Shown piece after piece: positions 27,581 to 37,154 of a stretch of 64,000 nt of DNA. The stretch is taken from IMG/VR virus record IMGVR_UViG_3300005337_000441, positions 1 through 64,000 of that record, one strand, 5' to 3'. Within the stretch, counting starts at the first letter, position 1, and every line of letters starts with the position of its first letter. The notes under the pieces were generated by a model. That model saw only the letters and a list, made by a program, of their open reading frames with translations. It was not told where the DNA came from and made no database searches. The position numbers and the translations under genes were made by a program.

Positions 27581-30500
27581 TTACGCAGATTTTCTTGTCA
27601 GATCCACTGCGGCTTCGATCCTCTGAAACGATGCCGGTTGTTGCACAGGCTTGACAGCGTTGGGCTGTTGAGCTTGGGCGGGTTGTGCCGCGGCCTTCGT
27701 GACGGCTTGCGTCATGGCTTCGCTGTTCTGCAGCATCTTCTGCAAGACCGAGAGGGTCTGCACATGGATGTCCAGAGACTTGGTCAGGATGTCGTTGGTG
27801 GTGGCCGTGGTCTGTGACGAAGAACCCATCGCTTGCGGACGGCTGACAGTGTCCGGCTGCACGGCAGTTGTCGGAACAACCGGTGCAACACGACCCTGTG
27901 CCATTGGCATGGGCTGACGCACGATCGGAGCAGGCTCCGTCGAAGCGCGTGGCGTCACGGGAGGCTGGCCGCCCGTAGCGTCTCTCACAATGACTGGCGG
28001 CTCATCGCTCATCCGCCTTGCAGCGGGTTTGCTTTGAAGGTCACCACCACCTTGGTAGTTGATGCCGAACTCTTGCGCCTTCTTGGACAGACGTTGGTCG
28101 ATCTTGCGATAGACCTCACCGACCGTCAGAGGACGAGTGCCCTCGTAGAAGTAGCTCCTGTTGGCCGCTGCCGCGTTGGGCAGCACATTGGCTGCGATCT
28201 CGTTGGGATCAGCAGACAAGAACTTGCGTGCCCCGGTCGGACCGAGGAAGTGCGCCAAGTACACGTCCGTCATGTTCGGGTTGGGTTTGACCGAACTGAT
28301 GAAACGCTTGTTGGTTTTGTAGTAGTCCGACGCTGCGATGGTCGAGTCTTCCACGTCAGTGCGACGCGGGTTCGGGCCCATGCGAGGACCTGCGACTTGA
28401 ACCTGCTGATTCCAGCTGGCGTTCGTGAAGCCGAAGAGGCCTTCCGAAGTACCAACCGTAGAGCGAGCGTTGGGGTTCAGGCTCGACTCGACAGCAGCGT
28501 ACGTGAGGAGATCGTTCGGAGGCACGCCTTCTTGACGCGCCACCTTGGTCACCTTGTCCTTCACGTCGCCGTAAGGTCCCGACTGTTTGTCGTCGCCAGC
28601 GGTTGCCACGTCCTTGGGACGCGCTTCCATGTCCGGCATCTTAGCCGCAGCGTTGTACTTGTCGCTTTGTTGGTAGCTTGCCTGCACGCTGCTCGCCTGC
28701 TTGACACCCACGGAGGGTGCGTTTGCAGCCGTTTGCATCGGAGGCTTGATGGCCGCAACGGCAGCCACCGGCTTCGGAGCGGTCACGGGTTCGTTGGCGC
28801 CAGAGACATTCGGACCTTGCGCGAGCTCGGCCACCTTGTCCTTGTCTGACTTGCCATCGTCCTTCACGGTTTGACCCGTGAGTCCCATTTGAGCCACAGC
28901 GAACATCGTGTCGCGCTTGCCCAGCGGCGTGCCGCGAATGGAACCCACGCCACCGCCACCCTTGTTGATCGATGCACCCACCGCCTGAGAGGCAAAGTTG
29001 GGATCGTTCTTCGCGAGTTTGAGGTTACCCTGGATACCAGCAGCTTCCGTGTGCCACGGCTCGCCACCCACCGGGCGGGTGAAGCCGTACTTGCGCATCA
29101 GTCCAAGATCATCCATCGCGTCCAAGTCACCGCTGTTCATGTCGACCGCGAGGCCGTACTCGTGCAGCGAAGTGCCAGGCCTTGCAGCCTTCTTGGGATT
29201 TTGACGGAAGAGCTTTTCTTGTTCAGCGGTGTCACGTACTGCGGCATTCATCGTCACCGACTTGCCCGTGCGTTCACCGTACTCCTGGATCATGGCCAGG
29301 AGTTGTTGCTTCATGGCCGGGTTCATGCCGTCAAGCTTGACCCCGTCACCCATCTTCAGGTACTGCATGGCTTGAGAGCCGTCGCGCACGGGGCCATCGG
29401 CCACCTTAAGCGGACCCCCGAGCTTGCTAGGACCTTCATTGATGGTCTTGTCCACCGGACCCTTCTCACCTGTGGCAGGTTTCTCACGCAGCGGACCATC
29501 TTCGGCCGACTGTGATTCATCCCTGGGAGCAGCCTTGTTGCGGTCCTCGTTGGACTTGACAACTTGAGCCACGACCTTCTTGCCTTCATCGGCTTTCGGG
29601 TCCACAGCAGGTTTCTTGGTCGGATCGATCGCAGCAGTGACAGCGGTGACGCCAGCGACAGCCTTGGCAGCTTTGTCCGCCTTGTCCTTGTCCGCCTTTG
29701 CCTTCTTCTCTGCTTTGTCTTTGTCCGAAGCGGCTTGCTTGTCAGCGGCTTCCTTGGCCGTTGCCGTGCAGACCTTGATCAGCTCTTGAACCTGCGGTCT
29801 GGTGTAAGCCAGTTGCGGCAGATCCTTGAACGGAGAGACCGTCACGTTGTACGGACCGCTCTCGTAGCCGATCAAGCCATAGAACTTGACCTTCTCCGCG
29901 GCCGTCAATTCATCGTGAGCATTCTTCAGGCTCACCTTCTTGTTCACAGCGTAGAGCGCCGTGCAGTTGGTGAGGAAGAACGGTTTGAAGCGAGCGTCGA
30001 ACCATTGGCCCAGTTTAGAGGCCGATTCACCGTCTGCTTTGTCGATAGAGAAGATGTTCAGGAGTTCTTCCGGATCGATCTTCTTGTCCATCAAGACAGC
30101 TTTGTCACCCACGAACCCGACACGGCCGTCCAGGAGGTATTCCTCCAGTGCGAGCATGAGGTGGTTGTGCGATTTGTCACCGACCGTCAGACCGTATTGG
30201 TACATCCGGATCTGTTCGGTATCGTTGACGTTGTCTCGCGTGGAGTATTTGTAGAGCTTGTAAGCACCGTAGCCGACAGCAGCCACTGCTGCGGCGCCAA
30301 GTACCACAGGAGAAGCCAGGACTGCACCGATCGCTGAGATACCGGCACCGACAGCGCCGAGGATCGCAGAACCGACACCACCCGTCATGAGGCTGCCGAC
30401 GAGAGCGACGTTGCGAATCATGCCGACCTTGGAGACCAAGTTGGCCACCATGCCCACACGACCAGCACCTGCAACAGCGCCAGCGATCGGGCGTCCGATG

Positions 30501-33500
30501 GCGCCCAGCGCAGAGCCGACGGCTCCTGCTGCACGACCACCCAGTCCCAACAGACCCTTGGCTCCGTTGAAGACCTTGCCGACCAGACCACCAGCCATGC
30601 TGGCCACCGACCCTACACCGCTGATAACGCTACCCGCAGCGCCAAACAGCCTGCCCGCACCACTGGTGAGGAAACTGAAGACGCCAGACACCTTGTCCAT
30701 GATGGACTTGAAGATATCCTTTTCGGACACGTATTTGGCTTCGGCCGCTTGAAGACCCGGCGCATTGGCGCGACGTTGTGCGTCGGCTTCTGCTTGAGCT
30801 TCCAAGCGGTCTTCCCACGAACCATCCCGACGACCACTGCCGTCACGATCGTTGTAAGCAGGGTTGTCGACCTTGCGGCGACGACGCGTGGTCGTGGTCT
30901 TCTTCGGTGCGGCCTTTTGTGCCAGAGCCTTGTCGGTTTTCTTGCGACCCCGCTTTTTGGTTTCCGGCTCAGCTTCTTCAGCCTTGCCACCAAAGAACGA
31001 CATCGCGCCACCGAGCAACTTGCCCTTCAGACCACCCGCATTGGCCTTGATGGAACCCAGGACCTTGGAACCACGCTCCTTGAGTCCCTTCGTTCCGCCC
31101 AGCGATGCAAGTTTGTCTTTGCCTTGTTGGACCAGTTTATCAAAGCCCGTTTTCGGAGGCTCCACCGGAGCAGCCTTGGCCTTGCGGCGACGGCGCTTAC
31201 CCTTGACGGGCTCAGGTGCGACTTCTTCTTCCTTGGCAAAGCGATTCATGATGCGGTCCTTGAGGGACTTGGCACCACCGAGAATCCCGCTGAACGTATC
31301 GCCAAGCGTCTTGTCAGAGGTGTACTTGGCTTCCGGAGTTTCAAGTTCCGTGCCTTCAGAGCCACCTTCTGTGGTCGTGGTGATTTCTTCGTCGCCACCG
31401 CCTGCTGCACGCTGCGCAGCGAGCTTGCGGCCAACCAAAGTTTTCTTGCCGTAAGGGTTCTTCCTCTTTTCGAGGGTTTCCAGGAGCTTGTCTTTGAGAG
31501 ACTTGCTCTGGTCCTTTTCAGCAGCGCGTTGCGCCGCCAACTTACGACCCACCAGTGTTTTCTTGCCAGAGGGGTTGCGCTTCTTGTCCAGAAGCTCCAT
31601 GGCCTTGTCCTTGAGGGACATGCCTTTGGCGGTGATTTTGTCTTTGAGCTCGCCAGCTTTGCTCTTGAGATCAGTGAACGTGGCGCCACTGGCTCCAGAC
31701 TTCTTGTACTTCTCTTCGTGACGAGGTGGATTTTCACCACGCATCAGGTCACGCATCTCCACGAGCACATCGTAGATGCGCTTGTTGCCGAGGAGACCGA
31801 AGTTCTGGAAGAAGTCCTTGATGCCAGGCAGCCATTTGTCCATGAGCTTGCCACCGAACTCTTGACCCTTTTGCAGCAACATGTCCCAGGTCGAGCGCAG
31901 TGCCTTGATGGTCTTGCCACCGAGGTCCTTCGCCTTTTCTGCGATGCGTTCCAAGCCGGTCTTGACTCGGTTGCCGTACTGGTCGTACACGCCTTCAACA
32001 AGATCTTGAGCGTCAAGGATGACTTCACCTGCCTTGTTGACGATGGCGCCCTTGGCTTTCACCAAGTCGTCCATGGTCTTCAGCACCTGACCCGAGGCTG
32101 AGTCGTAGTACTCGCCCTCACGCAGCAACGAAGCCTTGATCACCGGAGACTTGCGTCCCTTGATGTAGACGTCGCGCACAGCGTACAGCGAGTTCTTCAC
32201 GGTGGCTTTCGCATCCGTGAGGAGATCCTTGGCCTTTTGGATATGGATCGGCAGTTTGTTGTCGATGTAGTCCTTACCGTAGGCGTAGCCTTGCTGAGCC
32301 AGCTCCCCGCCCTTGTCACGCGCTTGGCGCAGCTTGTCAAGGAAGGGATCACGGTAACGGTCATAGAGTTCTTGGGCTTTGTCCATGCCCGGCTTGACGA
32401 TGCGGTCACGACCGTATTCATAGCCGCGAATGGCACCTGCCTTGGCATCTTGAGCACCGCGTTTGACGAGTTCACCAGAGGCCGTCCAGATGTTACCCAG
32501 GATGTCCTGATAGGTGTCCTCACCCTTGTACTTGGAGCCAGTGCGACGTGCACCAGCTCTACCACCGGCCCCACCACCAAAACCACCCTTGCCCGATTCA
32601 ACGAGCTTACGGATGGCCTTGACGTCAGTGGCAATGGCCTTGACAGGGTTGGCAGCTTCTTCCTTCTTCGTGAAGAGCTTCTTGACCTTGTCGACAATAT
32701 CGTCTTGCTGGTCAGCGAGCTCCTGGATGGCAGCCATGTTGTTGCCATTCATCGAGGTCAGGTCGATCTTTTTGCCGCCCGGGGCTGCACCATCACCCAT
32801 GTTCTTGCGAACGTCTTGGGCCATGGGACCACGGTGCTGTTCATCGTCACCTTCGCCTGGCTTGTAGAACCAGTCAAAGATGCCCGTCTTGCGGATGGCG
32901 TTGAGTGCGCGCTTCGGATGCAGCGGGTGGATGTCTTCCTTGGTCTCCTCATCGGACTTGATGAGTTGCTTCGGCAGACGCTTGCCCGTGGCATTGCGGC
33001 GCTTCGGACGAGCCTTCTTGATGGCCGTCTTCTTGTTGCGATCCGAAGTCACAAGACCTTCGTCACGCACGAGCTTCAGGTAAGCTTCCTCATTGATGAT
33101 GAAGTCACCCTTGGCATCGCGGTCAACGAGACCTTGCTCTTCGAGGAGCTCACCGTAGCCGGCGTGGATGAGTTGTTCGATGACACCGCGAGCATCTGGC
33201 GTAGCGCTACGCACATTCATGATGCTCTTGGTCAGACCCAGCTGCCCGCGCAGCGGATCCTCAGCGTTTGTCACCTTGTGGTCAAGCAGCGTGTCCACGA
33301 GTTTCTTCGTGTCCGGATCGAGCATCTTGTACGCGTTAGTCGTCTTGATGTTCTCCGGCGTGAACGCCATGTTGGGGATCGACGACACCTTGGCGATGAA
33401 ATCGGTGATCTTCGCCTTGGTGCCCTCGTCTGTCTTCTTGTCGCCGATGAAGTCCTCTGCCGCATCACGGGCAAAGAAACCATAGCTCGACGTCTTGATC

Positions 33501-35059
33501 TTGTCGGACAGCGACTTCTTCACCATCTCGCCGATTGCTTTGCGATTGACGAACTTGCCGCTGCTCTGATCGTAGTAAACCATCTCGGCTTGCTCATCAC
33601 CCGTCCGCAACACGGTGATTTCACGCAAGATGCGTGCGAGGTAGCCAGGGATGATGTCCGTGATGCTGCGCTGCGTCTTGTCATTGAAGACGCCCACATT
33701 GGACGGAGATGTGATGCCGTAGGGGCTATTGACCCGGTTATCCGGTTGAGAGTCGGTGAAGTAGTTGGCGAATCGATCGATCCCTCGGGCCAACGAGCCC
33801 TTGGGTCCTTCTGCCTTCAAGTACTCTTGCGCCTTGTCGGATTTGCGAAGCTCTCCGATGGCACCGGGTAGGTTAGTGACGGCGTTGGCCCCTTTGGTGA
33901 GGGCGTTACGCAGCGCGGGCACTTTGTCCAAGCGCGGTCGTGCGAAACGACCAACCTTGTCACCCACCTTGTCACCAAGGAAACCTCCGAACGCATTGCC
34001 AGCCAGCTGGGCTCCGGAGAGCTGCTCGCCGCCAATTTCCTTGAGGATGTCGTTCGTTTCCTTGAGCTGCTGGTAACTGTCCACCCCCATGGTAACAGCT
34101 TCCAGACCTTGCTTCACCCCTTTGACATAGTCTTTGATGTCTGCAGTGATGCGCTTCAACCCGCGATCGATCGCGGAGCCTTCACCGAAGAACGAGTTTT
34201 GAATCCTGTCCATGAACTTGGTTCGCGCCAAGTCCTTGAAACGTTCAGAAGCCTTGATCTTCACGAACTCCGGCAACGCGGTGTTCTTGGCGATCGCTTC
34301 GTTTTGTGCTTTGAAGACCTCAAAGTACTGCTTCGACGTCGAAGCAATGTCCGTGAGAGCAAAGTAGCTACGGTATTGTAGCTCCAATGATTTCTTCTGT
34401 ACAGCTTGGGTGATGCGCTCCTGGTAGGAGGACATGCGTCCCACGTTGTTGCTGATCGTGGTCAGGATACCGAGACTTTGATCGAACTCCTTACGGCGGA
34501 TGTTCTCAACAATCTCGTCCTTGGCATTTCGACGTGCCTCAACCTCGGTCTGCGTGGCTTGTTGCTGCTGGAAGATGGAACCCAGGTTCGTTGCGATGCC
34601 TTGGTCTTGCAGCTGTTCTTTGGAGAGAGAAGACGGGCTCGACTCATCCCCGAAGAGGGAAGCGATTCGAGAGGAGATCTTCTTGAGCGTTTTGCGCTCT
34701 TCAGGCACCAGGCGGTCGACCTTCTTGGCCAACCGCGACGCCTGTGGTTTTAGCTCTTTTACCGCGTCATCGTATAGCGATGAGGCTGTGCCTGCGGCTT
34801 TATCGGCCGCATCCACGATGGTCCCGAACTCCTCCGGGAGAGCACTACGGGTCAATCTTGCTAAAAACGATGGGCTCTTGAACTTATCGACCGCTCCTGA
34901 GATGGTGCCCTTGAAGACCTCCGTCGTCGGAGATCGTGACGAGCGTTTCTTCGCATCAGGAGTGAGTTGACTGTCGATTTTCTCGTAGTCAAACTGGTCG
35001 AAATTCAGTTCATCGTCAAGCGAGAAGTCCTCGGTTCGAACTTTCTCATTCTTTGCCAT
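27581..35059 (-). CDS. Tape-measure / tail-associated peptidoglycan hydrolase (phiKZ gp181-like, 2492 aa) with internal S74, M15 peptidase and SLT domains
   Basis: Long Lys/Ala/Gly-rich helical body; RDGSW motif; M15 motifs SLHEYGLAVD and EPWH; SLT motif AAVESSLNPNA...DVYLAHFLGP.GA; divergent from vRNAP beta-prime gene. Confidence 0.85.
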   Translation of the reverse strand: MAKNEKVRTEDFSLDDELNFDQFDYEKIDSQLTPDAKKRSSRSPTTEVFKGTISGAVDKFKSPSFLARLTRSALPEEFGTIVDAADKAAGTASSLYDDAVKELKPQASRLAKKVDRLVPEERKTLKKISSRIASLFGDESSPSSLSKEQLQDQGIATNLGSIFQQQQATQTEVEARRNAKDEIVENIRRKEFDQSLGILTTISNNVGRMSSYQERITQAVQKKSLELQYRSYFALTDIASTSKQYFEVFKAQNEAIAKNTALPEFVKIKASERFKDLARTKFMDRIQNSFFGEGSAIDRGLKRITADIKDYVKGVKQGLEAVTMGVDSYQQLKETNDILKEIGGEQLSGAQLAGNAFGGFLGDKVGDKVGRFARPRLDKVPALRNALTKGANAVTNLPGAIGELRKSDKAQEYLKAEGPKGSLARGIDRFANYFTDSQPDNRVNSPYGITSPSNVGVFNDKTQRSITDIIPGYLARILREITVLRTGDEQAEMVYYDQSSGKFVNRKAIGEMVKKSLSDKIKTSSYGFFARDAAEDFIGDKKTDEGTKAKITDFIAKVSSIPNMAFTPENIKTTNAYKMLDPDTKKLVDTLLDHKVTNAEDPLRGQLGLTKSIMNVRSATPDARGVIEQLIHAGYGELLEEQGLVDRDAKGDFIINEEAYLKLVRDEGLVTSDRNKKTAIKKARPKRRNATGKRLPKQLIKSDEETKEDIHPLHPKRALNAIRKTGIFDWFYKPGEGDDEQHRGPMAQDVRKNMGDGAAPGGKKIDLTSMNGNNMAAIQELADQQDDIVDKVKKLFTKKEEAANPVKAIATDVKAIRKLVESGKGGFGGGAGGRAGARRTGSKYKGEDTYQDILGNIWTASGELVKRGAQDAKAGAIRGYEYGRDRIVKPGMDKAQELYDRYRDPFLDKLRQARDKGGELAQQGYAYGKDYIDNKLPIHIQKAKDLLTDAKATVKNSLYAVRDVYIKGRKSPVIKASLLREGEYYDSASGQVLKTMDDLVKAKGAIVNKAGEVILDAQDLVEGVYDQYGNRVKTGLERIAEKAKDLGGKTIKALRSTWDMLLQKGQEFGGKLMDKWLPGIKDFFQNFGLLGNKRIYDVLVEMRDLMRGENPPRHEEKYKKSGASGATFTDLKSKAGELKDKITAKGMSLKDKAMELLDKKRNPSGKKTLVGRKLAAQRAAEKDQSKSLKDKLLETLEKRKNPYGKKTLVGRKLAAQRAAGGGDEEITTTTEGGSEGTELETPEAKYTSDKTLGDTFSGILGGAKSLKDRIMNRFAKEEEVAPEPVKGKRRRRKAKAAPVEPPKTGFDKLVQQGKDKLASLGGTKGLKERGSKVLGSIKANAGGLKGKLLGGAMSFFGGKAEEAEPETKKRGRKKTDKALAQKAAPKKTTTTRRRRKVDNPAYNDRDGSGRRDGSWEDRLEAQAEADAQRRANAPGLQAAEAKYVSEKDIFKSIMDKVSGVFSFLTSGAGRLFGAAGSVISGVGSVASMAGGLVGKVFNGAKGLLGLGGRAAGAVGSALGAIGRPIAGAVAGAGRVGMVANLVSKVGMIRNVALVGSLMTGGVGSAILGAVGAGISAIGAVLASPVVLGAAAVAAVGYGAYKLYKYSTRDNVNDTEQIRMYQYGLTVGDKSHNHLMLALEEYLLDGRVGFVGDKAVLMDKKIDPEELLNIFSIDKADGESASKLGQWFDARFKPFFLTNCTALYAVNKKVSLKNAHDELTAAEKVKFYGLIGYESGPYNVTVSPFKDLPQLAYTRPQVQELIKVCTATAKEAADKQAASDKDKAEKKAKADKDKADKAAKAVAGVTAVTAAIDPTKKPAVDPKADEGKKVVAQVVKSNEDRNKAAPRDESQSAEDGPLREKPATGEKGPVDKTINEGPSKLGGPLKVADGPVRDGSQAMQYLKMGDGVKLDGMNPAMKQQLLAMIQEYGERTGKSVTMNAAVRDTAEQEKLFRQNPKKAARPGTSLHEYGLAVDMNSGDLDAMDDLGLMRKYGFTRPVGGEPWHTEAAGIQGNLKLAKNDPNFASQAVGASINKGGGGVGSIRGTPLGKRDTMFAVAQMGLTGQTVKDDGKSDKDKVAELAQGPNVSGANEPVTAPKPVAAVAAIKPPMQTAANAPSVGVKQASSVQASYQQSDKYNAAAKMPDMEARPKDVATAGDDKQSGPYGDVKDKVTKVARQEGVPPNDLLTYAAVESSLNPNARSTVGTSEGLFGFTNASWNQQVQVAGPRMGPNPRRTDVEDSTIAASDYYKTNKRFISSVKPNPNMTDVYLAHFLGPTGARKFLSADPNEIAANVLPNAAAANRSYFYEGTRPLTVGEVYRKIDQRLSKKAQEFGINYQGGGDLQSKPAARRMSDEPPVIVRDATGGQPPVTPRASTEPAPIVRQPMPMAQGRVAPVVPTTAVQPDTVSRPQAMGSSSQTTATTNDILTKSLDIHVQTLSVLQKMLQNSEAMTQAVTKAAAQPAQAQQPNAVKPVQQPASFQRIEAAVDLTRKSA

Positions 35060-35076
35060 GTGTGGGAAACCTCCGG

Positions 35077-35080
35077 CATA
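35077..35080 (-). promoter_or_regulatory. Candidate late promoter TATG upstream of gp181-like gene
   Basis: Minus strand TATGCCGGAGGTTTCCCACACATG: TATG, then GGAGG RBS, then start; matches the phiKZ late consensus TATG (only 4 bp, weak on its own). Confidence 0.4.
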
Positions 35081-35112
35081 GACGAATTAACAAATCTCAC
35101 AGGATCAGGCTT

Positions 35113-36735
35113 ATGTCTTTAATTAGCCAAACGCCGTTCAATATCGCACTGCTCATCCCGAGCGATGCAGATGTTGCCGGTATGCGCCCCGTGAAAGTGC
35201 TGGACATCAACGATGGTCTGAGCAAAAACTTTCACCCCGATGGTCTGTTCTCGGTGGAAACGTTCGGCAAAGTGGGTGAGGAAAGGCGCAACCGTCTCTT
35301 CTCCTACATCGACATGCACATCAGCGTCTTCCACCCCGTGGTGTATAAGGCGCTGTTGGACTTGAAGAGCCTGTACGGTGACATCATCGCAGGCACGGGT
35401 TATGCGGTGTTCGACCCCGAAACCAACGATTTCGAAAAGTCCGACGTCACTCAAGGGGACACGGGCTTTGCCTTCTTCGTGAAGCACTTCGAGAAGATCC
35501 AGTTCGAGTCGCGCCCCAGCGCCAAGCGGGAGTTCAACATCGCGCTGGTGAACAAGTACCGCAAGAACTGCCTGATGGACAAACTCGTCGTCATGCCGGC
35601 AGGCCTGCGTGACTACACGGTCGACGAAAACTCCAAGCCGAGTGAAGACGAGATCAATGGCCTGTACCGTCGCGTGCTCAATGTGGCTTCGGTCATCGAG
35701 AACGTCAACGCCAAGAGCAACGTCGAGTACCTGGACTCCACCCGCTACGGCCTGCAACAGCGCGTCAACGAGATCTACGAGTACATCGTGAATCTGCTTG
35801 AAGGCAAGAGCAAGCTCATTCAGGGCAAGTGGGCCTCGCGCAAGATCTTCGACTCCACTCGAAACGTGATTTCCCCGCACGTCTCCAAGACGGACGAGTT
35901 CTTCACGGGTCGCACGGTGTCTTCGAATCAGACCATCGTCGGCTTGTACCAGTACCTGCGCTGCATCATGCCGCTGGCGGTCAAGCACGTGCGCGACACG
36001 TACCTCTCCAAAGTGTTCCTGGGTCCGAACTCACCCGCCGTGCTGGTGAACAAGAAGACCTACAAGAAGGAACTGGTCAACCTCGATCCGCGTTACTACG
36101 ACGAGTGGATGACGTACGAGGGTCTGGAAAAGCTCATGGCCCGGTTCGGTCAGGAAGAGCTCCGTGACGACGTCCTGGAGATCGAGAACTACTACGTGGG
36201 TCTGCTGTACAGGCAAGGTGGTCATGTGCGCTTCGTGCAGGACATCTCCGACGTCCCCATCAACGGCTCGCACGATCCTCGCGAACTCCTCACGCCCATC
36301 ACGTTCTGTGAACTGCTGTACCTGTCGGTGTTTGCTGACGCGGCGAGCATCCCTTGCCTGCTGACACGTTATCCGGTCACGGGGTATGGCTCGATCTATC
36401 CGAGCTACGTCTACCTCAAGACCACGGTGCGTGCTGAACAGGTCAAGGTCCTGGGCGACGACTGGGAAACCGTGATCGGCACAGCCTACGAGTTCCCCAT
36501 CAAAGGCGAACAGTACTTCAACGCGATGAGTCCTTCGACCACTCACGTGGCTCGTCTGGGCGCAGACTACGACGGCGACACTTGCTCGCTGATCTGCCTG
36601 CTCACCGAAGACGCCAAGGTGGAAGTCAAGAAGAAGCTCAACAGCCGCGACTACTATGTGGGTGTCAATGGCAAGATGGCGTTCAGCGCCGGCAACGACA
36701 TCATCGATCTGGTGTTGGCCAACGTCACGAGCTGA
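35113..36735 (+). CDS. rpoC: Virion RNA polymerase beta-prime subunit, catalytic part (phiKZ gp180-like), uninterrupted
   Basis: FHPDGLFSVETFG, IQGKWASRKIF..TRNVI, TRYPV, LGADYDGD catalytic Asp triad. Confidence 0.9.
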   Translation: MSLISQTPFNIALLIPSDADVAGMRPVKVLDINDGLSKNFHPDGLFSVETFGKVGEERRNRLFSYIDMHISVFHPVVYKALLDLKSLYGDIIAGTGYAVFDPETNDFEKSDVTQGDTGFAFFVKHFEKIQFESRPSAKREFNIALVNKYRKNCLMDKLVVMPAGLRDYTVDENSKPSEDEINGLYRRVLNVASVIENVNAKSNVEYLDSTRYGLQQRVNEIYEYIVNLLEGKSKLIQGKWASRKIFDSTRNVISPHVSKTDEFFTGRTVSSNQTIVGLYQYLRCIMPLAVKHVRDTYLSKVFLGPNSPAVLVNKKTYKKELVNLDPRYYDEWMTYEGLEKLMARFGQEELRDDVLEIENYYVGLLYRQGGHVRFVQDISDVPINGSHDPRELLTPITFCELLYLSVFADAASIPCLLTRYPVTGYGSIYPSYVYLKTTVRAEQVKVLGDDWETVIGTAYEFPIKGEQYFNAMSPSTTHVARLGADYDGDTCSLICLLTEDAKVEVKKKLNSRDYYVGVNGKMAFSAGNDIIDLVLANVTS

Positions 36736-36737
36736 TC

Positions 36738-37136
36738 ATGACCAAACTCACGAGCGACTACCGCGAAGGCAAAGGCAGCACGGCCACCTCGGAAGGACAC
36801 GAGTACCAACTCGACATCCTCTTCGAGTTGACGTGGGACCGCAAGCCTACCATCAAGAATGTCTCGGATCTGGACTGGATCCTGGAATACACCGAGATCG
36901 ACGAAGAGCGTGTCAAGAACGCTGACCTCGGAGTTCCCATCCTGATCTACTGGTCCGATGCACTCCAACACTGGGTGACGCTGGACGGGGCACATCGCCT
37001 CACAAAAGCCAAGCGTGAACACAAGCATGGAATCGGTTGTCGTATCGTTGACGAGGACATGCTCGCCAAGGCTCGAATCGATCACCACAAAAAACATGTC
37101 GCCGTGGAGAGCATGCCTCTTTACGCCAAGTGGTAA
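36738..37136 (+). CDS. ParB/Sulfiredoxin-fold small protein with C-terminal AVES-MPLYAKW tail (132 aa)
   Basis: PILIYW....HWVTLDGAHRL matches the ParB N-terminal PI.V...DG.HR motif. Confidence 0.65.
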   Translation: MTKLTSDYREGKGSTATSEGHEYQLDILFELTWDRKPTIKNVSDLDWILEYTEIDEERVKNADLGVPILIYWSDALQHWVTLDGAHRLTKAKREHKHGIGCRIVDEDMLAKARIDHHKKHVAVESMPLYAKW

Positions 37137-37154
37137 CCAACCCATAGGTCTCCG

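Noticed and set aside
35113-37136. Group I intron or homing endonuclease in the vRNAP beta-prime gene, as in phiKZ
   Set aside because: The beta-prime ORF is continuous through DYDGD, and the following ORF has ParB-type DGAHR rather than HNH, GIY-YIG or LAGLIDADG motifs
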